DNA of 41,845 nucleotides from IMG/VR virus record IMGVR_UViG_3300012940_001438, positions 1-41,845 of that record, one strand, 5' to 3'. The notes below the pieces were generated by a model, which worked only from the letters and a program-made list of their open reading frames with translations, searched no databases and was not told where the DNA came from. The position numbers were made by a program, and so were the translations under genes. This stretch comes from a virus (lineage: Duplodnaviria > Caudoviricetes). Below, piece after piece: positions 24,946 through 35,027 of the stretch; position 1 is the stretch's first letter; each line of letters opens with the position of its first letter.

Positions 24946-27900
24946 ATGGCTGGGGCGTTAGGTTCACTGAACGTGCTGCTCGGTTTGAATACTGCGCAGT
25001 TCACGTCTGCGCTGACAAAATCCGAGTATGAGTCGCAGATGTTCGCGCGCAGATTCACGCGCAATATGCAAAGCGTCGATGACTCTGCGGCGCGGGCAGC
25101 AAAGGCGATTTCGGGCATTCAAACCAATCTTCGCGCTGTGGCTGGCCTGGCTGTCGGGGCATTCTCGCTGCGTGAGATTACTGGGCTCGCCGATACCTGG
25201 ACGGGAGTGGGCAACCAGTTGCGGTATGCAACTGACTCTCATGAAGGCTTTGCGCGCGCGCAGCGTGAAGTGCTGGAGATTGCCGACGAAACACGCGGCA
25301 CCATCGACGGCGTCGCCGCCGTGTATGCGAAAGTCGCCGAAAATCAGGAATTGATGAACATCAAGGGGCGTGATGTTGGCCGTGTCACCGATACCATCAG
25401 TAAGTCGTTGGTTCTGTTTGCACGGACAAGCCAAGAGGCCGCGTCCGCACAGTTGCAGTTAGGGCAGGCCCTGGGTTCTGGCCGACTGCAGGGTGATGAG
25501 TATAAGTCATTGCGCGAAAGTGCATCCGGGCTCGTGACGCAGCTGGCCAAGGCGCTGAACGTGACGCGAGCGCAACTGGATGAGATGGCCACCAATGGAG
25601 AGTTGACCTCGGAATTGCTGGGTCAGGCTTTTCTCAGCATGTCCGATTCCGTCGATACTTCGTTCAATGCAATGAAAAAGACCATCTCGCAGGGCGGCAC
25701 GGTCTTCGCCAATGAATTTTTGAAGATCGTCGGTGGAGCTGACGATGTCATCGATGCGTCCGACAATATTGCCGATGCGATGATCTTTGTTGCCAAGAAT
25801 CTTGGTACCATCGCTACGGTTGCCGGTGTGGCGGCGGCTGGATATGGTGCCTTCCGTGCGGCGACTATCCTCGCAAACCTGGAGCTCGGAAAAACGGGTG
25901 CGGCGGCGCTGGTGGCATCAACCGGATTTATCCGCACGCAAATGGCGACTATCGCTCTCACCGGTGCCATGGGTGGGGCCCGCTCAGTTGCCATTGGCCT
26001 GGGGGCCGCGTTGCGCGGATTTGCTTTGACCCCTATTGGGCTTGCGCTGATCGCAGCGTCAACAGCATTTGCAGTGCTGACCAGCTCCCAGAAAGAAAAC
26101 AAAGAATCGTTGGATGCCCTGTCACTGTCTCTCGATGATTATGTCGAGAAAGTGGCCGACATGTCCAAAGTGCAGCAGCAAGCCGCACAAATAGGGCTGG
26201 CCGCTCAGATTGAGAAGCAAAAGCAGGAATTGTCGGACGCATTCAGCGGGTTTTCATTTGGGTCTCGCAATGCATCCGTGGGTGAACAGTTTCGCGCCAT
26301 TGCTGAAGATACTTCGCTTTCTGCGGATGAAATGTCGGATGCATTTACCGCCCTGATCGAGAAGTCGACCGCGAGTGGCAATGCTCTGGCTCGTCAGAAA
26401 GATAAGATGGTCGAAATGGCTGCTTCTGCCGTTGATGGACGCAAGCGGTTGCAGGATCTGGAGAGCCGTCAGAATGCAATCAAGGACGCTATGGATGGGT
26501 CGACCGGCGCGGCTGGCCGCAATTCAGCTGCACTGCGCGAAAATGCCAAGGCAGCAGCAGATGCATTGAAAGAGTATGACAAGCTGATCAAAGGGCTGCG
26601 TGAGCAGGCCGCCACTTTTGGAATGAACGATTCCGAGCTGGCCCGCTATAAGGCTTCGATTCTCGGTGTAAGCGATGCACAGGTGGAGATTGCTGCGCTC
26701 CAGGGGCGGCAAGTTGAGTTGCTGGAAAAAGTGAAAACTGCCGCCCAGGAAGGCAACAATGCAGTGCTGGACGCCGCAAAACGGGAATATCAGGTTAATC
26801 AGGACCGAATCGATCAGTTGGAGCGCATGACGAAGTTGGAAAAAGCGCGAGCCGATATGGCGAAGTACTCCCAAGACTTGACAGATAAGGGGGCTGCACA
26901 ATATTTGGCAGCTCAGAGGCAGGTGCAGGCGCTCACGTCTGTCAACACGTCCTCACAGGGATTGAGAATAAAAGGTGCGCAGGCGACTGCTGGAGGTGCA
27001 ACGAATAGTGCTGTATTCGCTGTAGCTCAGATACTCCAGTCACTTCAGGGGTCGAATCTCAGGCATTTTGCGTCATTCAACGACACTTTTCATGCCGGAT
27101 CGAAATCGAAGCATGCTTCTGGGCTTGCTTTTGACGCATCGCTCGTTAATGGATCTGCCGGCGCAGCCGATGCTGTCAAACAGTTGACAGAGCAATTGCA
27201 ACAGCTTGGCCTCGAAGCAGGGAAGGATTTCAAGATTCTGAATGAATATGCGAATCCGTCCGCGAACGCCACTGGTGGACATCTCCATTTTCAATTTGCT
27301 AGTACGGCAGCGGCTGACAAACTGTCTGGTACCAATGCATCTCTTGACCGGGCGATCCTGGCCGGGCAAGAGGAGCGTCGTAAGAAATTGACTGATTTTG
27401 AGCTGACAGCTGTGAAGCGGGTCGCTGAACAGCGCCAGCAGGCCGCTCAGAATGAAATACGCATGCTGGAGCTGTCGGAAAAGAAAAACGACGCCTATTA
27501 TGCCAAGCGTGAATCGCTGATCCAGAAAGAGACGGCCGCCCGGGTTGCCGGCATTGATGCTGAAATCGAAATACTGAAACGGAAAAATGACGATGTCAAT
27601 AACGAAAAAGTACTCGATCTTGAGGCCGAAAAACTCAAACTTCTGGCTGATCAGAAGGTTCAGCTGGCCGAAATTAAGAAGGAACATGCAGATATTGGTG
27701 TGGCGGCCTCCAAGGCCATGCAAGAGGCGCAGGCGTCTGCAAAACTATACGTCGATACGCTGAAACAGAACGATCAGCGATCACTGGCTGCCTTTGGTTT
27801 GGGTGATCGTGCCAAAGCGCTGGTCGAGCGTCAGAATGCGGAAGCGGATCGGTACGCAGAGAACATGCGCGATCTGCAAACAAAAAAGGGCACGCTATCG

Positions 27901-28722
27901 GATGCTGATTTCCGGCAATTATCGAAAGCCTACGGCGATATGTACCATGCTGCGCTCACTCAGGCAGAGTGGTTTTACGATCAGGAAAGCCTCAAGCGGC
28001 AGGATTGGACCAATGGCTTTACCTCGGCATTGGCCAACTACACCGACTCTGCCAACAATATGGCTGAAAACGTGTCCACGGTCTTTGGGACGTTCACTAC
28101 AGGCCTGGAGGATGCCTGGGTAAATTTCGTCACTACCGGCAAATTGTCGTTTTCGGACATGGCCAAGTCTGTTATCGCTGATATCGCCAGAATCCAAGCG
28201 CGCGCGGCGATCTCCGGTTTGTTCAACCTAGTGGCCGGAGCCTTTACTGGGTACGCCACTGTAGGTGGCGCTGCTGGTCAGCCCAATTATGGCGGTGCGT
28301 ATGGTTTCGGTAATATTGGATTCGCCGGTGGTGGATTTACGGGCGCCGGCGGCAAGTATGATCCGGCAGGCATTGTACACCGAGGTGAAGGCGTCCTGAA
28401 CCAGGATGAAATGCGCAAACTGGGTGGCGAGTATGGGTTCTATGGTTTACGTCGTGCTATTGCTCGTGGCTATGCAAATGGTGGTGTTGCCGGCGGTGCC
28501 AGCCAACGCGTTATGCCATTTGATAAGGGCACCAGCGGAATTAGCATTGTGAACCAGACTACCGGCCGGGTTGATAGGGCGCGCGAAGCGCGACTTCCTG
28601 ATGGTGAGAAAGTGTTGCTCCTCGAGGAATTTTTGAATAGAGCGGCAGAATCGCTCGCTGATCCAAATAGTAAGTTGGGGTCGGGCTTGCACAGGCATTA
28701 TCAATTGGAAATGGTGAGGTAA
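24946..28722 (+). CDS. Tape measure protein
   Basis: 1258 aa, Ala-rich and helical; QLGQALGSGRLQGDE; lambda-type C-terminus FVTTGKLSFSDMAKSVIAD; GGKYDPAGIVHRGE. Confidence 0.95.
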   Translation: MAGALGSLNVLLGLNTAQFTSALTKSEYESQMFARRFTRNMQSVDDSAARAAKAISGIQTNLRAVAGLAVGAFSLREITGLADTWTGVGNQLRYATDSHEGFARAQREVLEIADETRGTIDGVAAVYAKVAENQELMNIKGRDVGRVTDTISKSLVLFARTSQEAASAQLQLGQALGSGRLQGDEYKSLRESASGLVTQLAKALNVTRAQLDEMATNGELTSELLGQAFLSMSDSVDTSFNAMKKTISQGGTVFANEFLKIVGGADDVIDASDNIADAMIFVAKNLGTIATVAGVAAAGYGAFRAATILANLELGKTGAAALVASTGFIRTQMATIALTGAMGGARSVAIGLGAALRGFALTPIGLALIAASTAFAVLTSSQKENKESLDALSLSLDDYVEKVADMSKVQQQAAQIGLAAQIEKQKQELSDAFSGFSFGSRNASVGEQFRAIAEDTSLSADEMSDAFTALIEKSTASGNALARQKDKMVEMAASAVDGRKRLQDLESRQNAIKDAMDGSTGAAGRNSAALRENAKAAADALKEYDKLIKGLREQAATFGMNDSELARYKASILGVSDAQVEIAALQGRQVELLEKVKTAAQEGNNAVLDAAKREYQVNQDRIDQLERMTKLEKARADMAKYSQDLTDKGAAQYLAAQRQVQALTSVNTSSQGLRIKGAQATAGGATNSAVFAVAQILQSLQGSNLRHFASFNDTFHAGSKSKHASGLAFDASLVNGSAGAADAVKQLTEQLQQLGLEAGKDFKILNEYANPSANATGGHLHFQFASTAAADKLSGTNASLDRAILAGQEERRKKLTDFELTAVKRVAEQRQQAAQNEIRMLELSEKKNDAYYAKRESLIQKETAARVAGIDAEIEILKRKNDDVNNEKVLDLEAEKLKLLADQKVQLAEIKKEHADIGVAASKAMQEAQASAKLYVDTLKQNDQRSLAAFGLGDRAKALVERQNAEADRYAENMRDLQTKKGTLSDADFRQLSKAYGDMYHAALTQAEWFYDQESLKRQDWTNGFTSALANYTDSANNMAENVSTVFGTFTTGLEDAWVNFVTTGKLSFSDMAKSVIADIARIQARAAISGLFNLVAGAFTGYATVGGAAGQPNYGGAYGFGNIGFAGGGFTGAGGKYDPAGIVHRGEGVLNQDEMRKLGGEYGFYGLRRAIARGYANGGVAGGASQRVMPFDKGTSGISIVNQTTGRVDRAREARLPDGEKVLLLEEFLNRAAESLADPNSKLGSGLHRHYQLEMVR

Positions 28723-29219
28723 TGGCCGAATTCGAAATGCCACGCGGTATGTGCCCGCTGATCGCAAATTACACCGGTGGCGATATGGGCGGCGTCGAAG
28801 AAACCGAGGTGGAGGGCGGTGCACCTCGTCCTGCTCTGGCTTATGATCGAGGGGTCCAGCCGTTTACTGTGACCCTTGCTTTGAATGCTCAGAAATATCG
28901 CATCTGGACCCTGTTCTACCATCGGCTAATTAAGCGTGGCTCAATTCCATTCAGCATGATGTTGGATTCCGGGTTCGGCGCGCAGCCGCACACGGTGTTC
29001 ATTGCCAAGGGCACGTATCAAGAGTCTGGTCGCACGACAAGGCATCGGTTCGTCACCTTCGTTGTGAAGGCTGAACCGAAAGCGTATGACGTGTCAGTGG
29101 ATGATGCGCAACGGGAAGTTGATCTTTGGAATCGCCACGAAACCCGCTTGTTTCCGTTCTTCAGGCGGTTGGCGATATTTGCAAACGAAGACGTCAAGGT
29201 GATGCGCGATGGCACTTGA
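28722..29219 (+). CDS. Distal tail protein (gpM-like)
   Basis: Follows the TMP; TEVEGGAPR...FSMMLDSGFG. Confidence 0.7.
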   Translation: MAEFEMPRGMCPLIANYTGGDMGGVEETEVEGGAPRPALAYDRGVQPFTVTLALNAQKYRIWTLFYHRLIKRGSIPFSMMLDSGFGAQPHTVFIAKGTYQESGRTTRHRFVTFVVKAEPKAYDVSVDDAQREVDLWNRHETRLFPFFRRLAIFANEDVKVMRDGT

Positions 29220-29715
29220 CCGTGATGAAGAAATGAAAAATTTCTTTGCCAGCAACCCGCCAGGCAAATATCCGATTACGACACTAGTGATCAAGCACTC
29301 TGATATGACAGTCAATCACCGCTTCTGGAACCAGCCTGGTACAGGAGCACTGACCCTCGACGGGGAAGTGGTCGACCATCGCTCATTGAATTTTGCGGTG
29401 AGGCAGGCCGGCACCAATAACAATTTGGATCAAGTCTGGGGGTTTGATATCGACACCGTGGACGCTCGGGACGAATTTCGGGATCAGCTGGATTTGATTC
29501 CGATCGACACCAAAGAGCGAGTGCGCGTCGAGTATCGAGAGTATTTATACCCGGATTTAAATACTGTGCGTGCGCTGGCTCGCCTGCAGGCCGAATCGCT
29601 CAATTATGGAATCGGAACCTGTACTGTGAATGCAGTGTCGCCACGCAAGAATCTGTTGCGCACCGGTGAGACATACGATCCCCGCGATATCCCGATGTTG
29701 GAAGCGTTTCAGTAA
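29209..29715 (+). CDS. Minor tail protein (DUF1833 / gpL-position)
   Basis: TLVIKHSD...YREYL...RTGETY...IPML. Confidence 0.7.
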   Translation: MALDRDEEMKNFFASNPPGKYPITTLVIKHSDMTVNHRFWNQPGTGALTLDGEVVDHRSLNFAVRQAGTNNNLDQVWGFDIDTVDARDEFRDQLDLIPIDTKERVRVEYREYLYPDLNTVRALARLQAESLNYGIGTCTVNAVSPRKNLLRTGETYDPRDIPMLEAFQ

Positions 29716-29732
29716 TTTTTCCATTCAATAAC

Positions 29733-29756
29733 AAGCACCTGCGGGTGCTTTTTTTT
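29733..29756 (+). terminator. Intrinsic terminator within the tail-tip genes
   Basis: AAGCACC/GGTGCTT stem plus T tract. Confidence 0.7.
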
Positions 29757-29768
29757 CGAGTAACCAAA

Positions 29769-30137
29769 ATGGATGTGTCGTTCTATCAGGGGCGGACTTA
29801 TTCAAACCCGCCATGCTGGGATCTGGTGGCGGATGTATATACGCGTGAGATGGGGCAGAGCGTCAAGCAGTACCAGGCCGCGTCCGATTCGGTGAGAGAC
29901 ATTGCTGTGGCGTTTCGGTTGGCATTGGCTGAGCCTGATAACGGTTTTGTGAAGCTGGATCGGCCTCGCAATATGTGCATTGTCCTAATGGGTATGTCGC
30001 AAGAGGTGGGGATTCATCATTGCGGTGTGTATCTGGACGCAAGTGTATTACACGCATTGCCTCGAGTTGTCCTATTTCAGGATATGGCCAGCCTACGCGA
30101 TGAATATCCGCTGATTGAGTACTGGAGCAAGGCATGA
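29769..30137 (+). CDS. NlpC/P60-like tail assembly protein (gpK-like)
   Basis: CWDLVADVY...HHCGVY...VLHA Cys/His motifs. Confidence 0.8.
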   Translation: MDVSFYQGRTYSNPPCWDLVADVYTREMGQSVKQYQAASDSVRDIAVAFRLALAEPDNGFVKLDRPRNMCIVLMGMSQEVGIHHCGVYLDASVLHALPRVVLFQDMASLRDEYPLIEYWSKA

Positions 30138-32974
30138 CGGCGATCCGCCTTTTCGATCATCCGCTTGCCGGTACAGCGCCGCAGGAATTTCATGCGACCA
30201 GCATACTTGACTGGCTGCGTGCCCATTATGCGGACCGCCCGATGGAAGGCACGGTACAGATTTTCCGGGGCGTGGCGACGCGAGAGAACCTTATTGTAGG
30301 CAATGGCGAGCAGATCTGGAGGCAGCTGGCCGCGAACGATTCCGAGATGTACACCGTCTACAAGAGCCCTGGAACGGGGGTCGAGGTAGGGGCGGTATTC
30401 ACGCAGATCGCGATTGCCGTTGCACTTACGGTGGTTTCGTCATTGCTGTTCCCACCACCGCGCCAGCCCGAGAACGTCAATCGCTCGCAATCGTCCGACA
30501 ACAATAAGTTGGCGGATCGTGAGAATAAAGTGCGTTTCATGGAACGAGTGGAAGATATCTACGGAACTGTTAAGTCCGTGCCTTCGCTCATGATGCCGAC
30601 GTACAGCAAATATATCAAGCATCGGCGCGTGGAGTTTGGATACTACTGCGTCGGTAGGGGATATCACGCGTTGACTGAGATTCGGGATGCTGACTCACTG
30701 ATCCAAGACATTCAGGGGTCCAGTGCAGCCGTGTACGACCCGTTCACGTCTCCAAATAGTGGCCATGCACCAAAGACACAAATCGGTGACGCAATCACTG
30801 ATAAGATTGTGACGGCAGCCCGTCGGGTTGAAGTAGACGGCATGACTTTGAAAGCCTGGAATCAGGTGCAATTGCCTAATTCCGTGCGCAACTATGGATT
30901 TAGGGCCGACCCGGGCGGCGACTATATCAATCAGGACAGCAATGTAGGCGATTGGCAGCCGAATTTCAATTCAGTGCTTAACGTTGGCGACACGATCACG
31001 GTGTCCGATTCGTCTTTCACCCGTCCCGCTCGATCTTACGACCAGGTTGTCTACAACTCGTCTACGGGACTGTTCTCCCGCACCGGTGGGTTTGGGAACA
31101 TCACTAACTACGGGCTTGCGCTAGGGGATACGATCGACATCACTGGATTTGGGCCAACGGATTTTCTGAATGGCACCTATACGGTTGATTTTGTTAGTTC
31201 CACCTCGATCGGCGTGGCTGAATCAATCTCTCCGAGCGCTCCAGACGCGGAAGGCGGCACGGCCTCACGTGCGGCGCAGTCATTTAGCTTTAATGGCACC
31301 TACGAGGTGTCCGAGGTTGCAGATAAGCAGATACGCCTGACAACATCGACTTTCCCAGACTATTTAAACAATGGCGGGACGGCGCCACAAGGGCGGATTC
31401 AGATTAATGACCGCAGCCAGTACACGAATTGGGTCACTTTGTCTCAAAGGAACTGTACGCAAGTCTGGGCTAATGTGGTGGCTGGGCAGGGGATGTACAA
31501 ATTTGACGGGGGCTATTCGGTTGCAACTGTTGAATTTCATTTAGAGGTCCAGCAGCTCGATGCAAATCTGAATCCTATTGGACAGATCGTTCAGGTATGG
31601 GGGGCAGTGTCCGGTTCCGTTACGGACGAGCGTGCCGTGACAGTGGAACATGTTACAGGCTGGACGGGCCCGACCCGGGTACGTATGCGCCGCTTGAGCG
31701 ATTTCGACTACGGCTTTGGGGGCACGGTCGTTGACGAGATTAAATGGGCGGACTTATATGCTGTGTCCCCGGTCACGAAGGCCCATTTCGGCAACAAAAC
31801 GACGATTCATACGGTCACCTATCCGACGGCCCGCTCTACGGCGGTCCGCTCGCGTCAGCTCAATTGTTTGGCATCAAGACTGCTGCCCACCTATGACGGT
31901 ACCAGTTTTTCCGGTGCGTTTGACGCTGAAGGGCGGCATGTTTCCGGAACTATTCACCCGACAAGTCAGATTGTAGACATCATTGCAGCGGTGGCGCTGG
32001 ATCCAAAGATCGGCAATGTTCCTATCGAAGAGCTGGACATGGAACAGATGTATCAGGTTCAGTACCAATTGAACCAGACGCACTGGGAGATGGGACAGTT
32101 CAATTACACGCTGGATTCGGACAATATGTCGTTCGAAGAAACCGTGATTATGATCGCCAATGCAGGCTTTTGCAAAGCGTATCGACAAAGTGATCAATAC
32201 CGCCTGGCACCAGACCTGCGTCAAGATCGCAGCGTTGCGATATTCACGCACAGGAACAAGCAGCCGCGTACTGAGAAAATTACCCAGACCTTTGCCAATG
32301 ATGGTGAATATGATGGTGTGCAGTTCATCTATACCGATCCGGATGACAACCAAACCAAGACAATCATTTTACCGCGTGATGGGAATTATACCCGGCTGAA
32401 AAAGTTCGAAATCCCAGGGATTCGATCTTTCGCGCAGGCCTGGCTGCGTGCAAATCGGGAGTATCGCAAGCTCTTGGGGCAGCGCCTGAAGTTGGAAACT
32501 GGTGTCACGCTGGATGGCCGTGCGTTGCTACCAAACAAGCGCATCGATGTTGTCGACAACACGAGATTCAAGGCATTCGACGGTGATGTCGTCGGCTGGG
32601 ATGGCGGGCTGACTTTGCGGTTGAGTCGGTCAGTCGAATTCATGCCGAACGAGCCACACAGCATCGTTTTGATGAAGCGCGATGGAACTGTGACCGATCA
32701 GATTCCGGTGGAACCGGGGCAGGATAGCGAACATGTCATTCTGCAGAACCTGCCGTCAGGTGTTGGCCTGGTAACTGAATATGGGTCGATGAAGGGTATT
32801 CGAACCATCTTTTCATTTGCGTCAGATAGTCGTCGCAAAGCCATGGGGTTTCTGGTCACCGATCTCGATATGAGGGATAAGAAGTACGTAAAGGTCACAG
32901 GGATCAATTATTCGGATTCATATTACACCGCAGATTTCGAGCCGATACCGCCCAAAGAGTCGGTGATTGGTTGA
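30134..32974 (+). CDS. Tail tip / host specificity protein (TipJ-like)
   Basis: SDNNKLADRENKVR...DIYGTVKSVPSL...CVGRG; 946 aa; position in the tail module. Confidence 0.85.
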   Translation: MTAIRLFDHPLAGTAPQEFHATSILDWLRAHYADRPMEGTVQIFRGVATRENLIVGNGEQIWRQLAANDSEMYTVYKSPGTGVEVGAVFTQIAIAVALTVVSSLLFPPPRQPENVNRSQSSDNNKLADRENKVRFMERVEDIYGTVKSVPSLMMPTYSKYIKHRRVEFGYYCVGRGYHALTEIRDADSLIQDIQGSSAAVYDPFTSPNSGHAPKTQIGDAITDKIVTAARRVEVDGMTLKAWNQVQLPNSVRNYGFRADPGGDYINQDSNVGDWQPNFNSVLNVGDTITVSDSSFTRPARSYDQVVYNSSTGLFSRTGGFGNITNYGLALGDTIDITGFGPTDFLNGTYTVDFVSSTSIGVAESISPSAPDAEGGTASRAAQSFSFNGTYEVSEVADKQIRLTTSTFPDYLNNGGTAPQGRIQINDRSQYTNWVTLSQRNCTQVWANVVAGQGMYKFDGGYSVATVEFHLEVQQLDANLNPIGQIVQVWGAVSGSVTDERAVTVEHVTGWTGPTRVRMRRLSDFDYGFGGTVVDEIKWADLYAVSPVTKAHFGNKTTIHTVTYPTARSTAVRSRQLNCLASRLLPTYDGTSFSGAFDAEGRHVSGTIHPTSQIVDIIAAVALDPKIGNVPIEELDMEQMYQVQYQLNQTHWEMGQFNYTLDSDNMSFEETVIMIANAGFCKAYRQSDQYRLAPDLRQDRSVAIFTHRNKQPRTEKITQTFANDGEYDGVQFIYTDPDDNQTKTIILPRDGNYTRLKKFEIPGIRSFAQAWLRANREYRKLLGQRLKLETGVTLDGRALLPNKRIDVVDNTRFKAFDGDVVGWDGGLTLRLSRSVEFMPNEPHSIVLMKRDGTVTDQIPVEPGQDSEHVILQNLPSGVGLVTEYGSMKGIRTIFSFASDSRRKAMGFLVTDLDMRDKKYVKVTGINYSDSYYTADFEPIPPKESVIG

Positions 32975-32996
32975 CACCCTATTTATATCAACTCAG

Positions 32997-33019
32997 GCCC
33001 CAGAAATGGGGCTTTTTTT
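32997..33019 (+). terminator. Intrinsic terminator before the tailspike gene
   Basis: GCCCCA-GAAA-TGGGGC plus T7. Confidence 0.75.
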
Positions 33020-33032
33020 ATGGAAGAACGAA

Positions 33033-35024
33033 ATGGCCATTCCTACCGATCAACAATTTGATGATGCGGCTCGAGATCTTGTGACCGTCGATGACGTAGC
33101 AAATTCGCCGGAAGACACGACGACAACACGCAGCGGTGACACTGTCTTAACCTTGACAGGTGCAATTAATAAAATGGCCGTTTCAGCCGGCAAGCCTTTC
33201 GACACAGAGGCCGATTTGCTCGCCACACCGATTCCAGATCCTCCGTATATCGCTGAGGTTCTACACGATCCCGATCCCGATAAAAATGGTCGCTACTCTC
33301 CAGTTGCAGGCGCTTGGGTCAAATCTGTGGATACGGTAAGTAGCCGAATAAGACACGATGGCGCCGATCAGCAGATGACTGTTCAAGATCCGGATGCATC
33401 GAACATGCTCAGCATGGACGATAAAGGCCATTTATACGTTACGAAATCCGAAGGTAAATCGGTTCAGCAGATCATCCAAGGACTGAAGAACGAGATCCGG
33501 CAATTAAAAAAAGAGAAAACGAGCGAGTTTCAATATGGCCCCTATTTTTCGATCATGACCAATGCTCAGAAAGCGGCGTTTCAAATGATTGACGCAAACG
33601 CCAAGTTTTATCTGTCGGGCACGAACAGCAGGCCGCTGGACGAAATGCTTAATCGCTTTCAAAAGCATATTGAGAAACTGTATAAATATGATCTGATTGT
33701 CGATGTCGTCAAAGACGCTGGATTGAAGGGTAATGGGAAAAACCCTGAAGATAACGAGATCAACGCCCTGATCGCCAAAATGAAGAAAAAATATAACGGC
33801 GGTGCACTATATATGCCGGGTGATTGGCTTCTCTCGTATGGCATTCTGCCACAGAGCAATATTCATTTTATTGGCGCAGGATATGGGGTTACGCGCTTTT
33901 TTCCAATGCGTAATCGACCGGCGTTCTATACCCCAGACAATAGTGGGTGGTTGGAGAACTGCCTATTCCAAGATATTGAAATTAGCGGCGAAATGCATTC
34001 AGAACAGAATGTGGCATGTAAAGGCTTTTTTATACGCCAATTCCAGCGCTGCATGTTTATGCGCAATTACATTCATGACACTGGCGCCACGGGCATGGGT
34101 AGCGATTTCGTCAACGGAAGCTCGATTTTGGATGGCCGGTATGAGAACAATGGTCGCTTAGGAAGCGTGGGCGATCCCGGCAATGCAGGGATCGGCGTGG
34201 GATCCGGAGTGGGTCAGGATGAACCCACACTGATTATCGGGAACATCTGCACTGGCAATAAGAACTACGGCATTTTCTTCGAACAACAGCGCACTGAAGC
34301 GTCTGTGCACCAGTCTCGTCAGATTATTGTGGCAAACAACATTTGCTTGCGAAACCATGATGGTATCGGCGACTGCGGGTTGTCCGGCGCGATTTTTACA
34401 GGTAACCAGTTAAACGACAATATCAATGCGGGGTTTGCTGCAGATTCTGGCACGCTTAACCCTGACTCTCAAGGTCGGCCACAGCCTGGCCATGGCGGTG
34501 TTTTCGCGAACAACCAGGTTCTGCGAAACGGCCAGCACGGCGTTCTTTACGATGCGCAGAAGGTGGCCACGCCTGGCGGATACAAGTTTGACGGAAACCG
34601 AATTGCTCATAACGGCGGCGCGGGTATTACATTGACCGCAGGTGTAAATATGGTGCCGGATCAATGGATAGCTAACAACGACATTGTAGATAATCAAGGC
34701 GCTGGCGTGCATATCGAATCGGGCGTGTACCCCGATCTGGATATCACGATGAACCGCTTCTTACGCAACAACGGCATTGCTGTGCGTGCGGGTGCTAGCG
34801 CAATTGTATTGTCGGGTCGCATGTTTGCGAATTCTGTTCGGGATACTCAAGAGACGCCGACGCAGCTGCAAATGTTCGCCGGCACCGCTGCTATTTCCAA
34901 GTTCGATGTGAGCAACAACCAGTTCATAGGCCCGAATCCCTCAAGCGCTATCGATATTCCCAACGCCGATGCTTCGGTCACGGTTTCCAATAATCCAGGT
35001 ATCTCTACTAATCCAGGAGTTTAA
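33033..35024 (+). CDS. Tailspike with right-handed parallel beta-helix (putative polysaccharide depolymerase)
   Basis: VKDAGLKGNG...GGALYMPG...SNIHFIGAG pectate-lyase-like start, then many Asn/Gly PbH1-type repeats (IIGNICTGN, VANNICLRN, FTGNQLNDN). Confidence 0.85.
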   Translation: MAIPTDQQFDDAARDLVTVDDVANSPEDTTTTRSGDTVLTLTGAINKMAVSAGKPFDTEADLLATPIPDPPYIAEVLHDPDPDKNGRYSPVAGAWVKSVDTVSSRIRHDGADQQMTVQDPDASNMLSMDDKGHLYVTKSEGKSVQQIIQGLKNEIRQLKKEKTSEFQYGPYFSIMTNAQKAAFQMIDANAKFYLSGTNSRPLDEMLNRFQKHIEKLYKYDLIVDVVKDAGLKGNGKNPEDNEINALIAKMKKKYNGGALYMPGDWLLSYGILPQSNIHFIGAGYGVTRFFPMRNRPAFYTPDNSGWLENCLFQDIEISGEMHSEQNVACKGFFIRQFQRCMFMRNYIHDTGATGMGSDFVNGSSILDGRYENNGRLGSVGDPGNAGIGVGSGVGQDEPTLIIGNICTGNKNYGIFFEQQRTEASVHQSRQIIVANNICLRNHDGIGDCGLSGAIFTGNQLNDNINAGFAADSGTLNPDSQGRPQPGHGGVFANNQVLRNGQHGVLYDAQKVATPGGYKFDGNRIAHNGGAGITLTAGVNMVPDQWIANNDIVDNQGAGVHIESGVYPDLDITMNRFLRNNGIAVRAGASAIVLSGRMFANSVRDTQETPTQLQMFAGTAAISKFDVSNNQFIGPNPSSAIDIPNADASVTVSNNPGISTNPGV

Positions 35025-35027
35025 AAA

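Noticed and set aside
27073-27723. 216-aa minus-strand ORF inside the tape measure gene
   Set aside because: Antisense shadow of a coiled-coil coding region.
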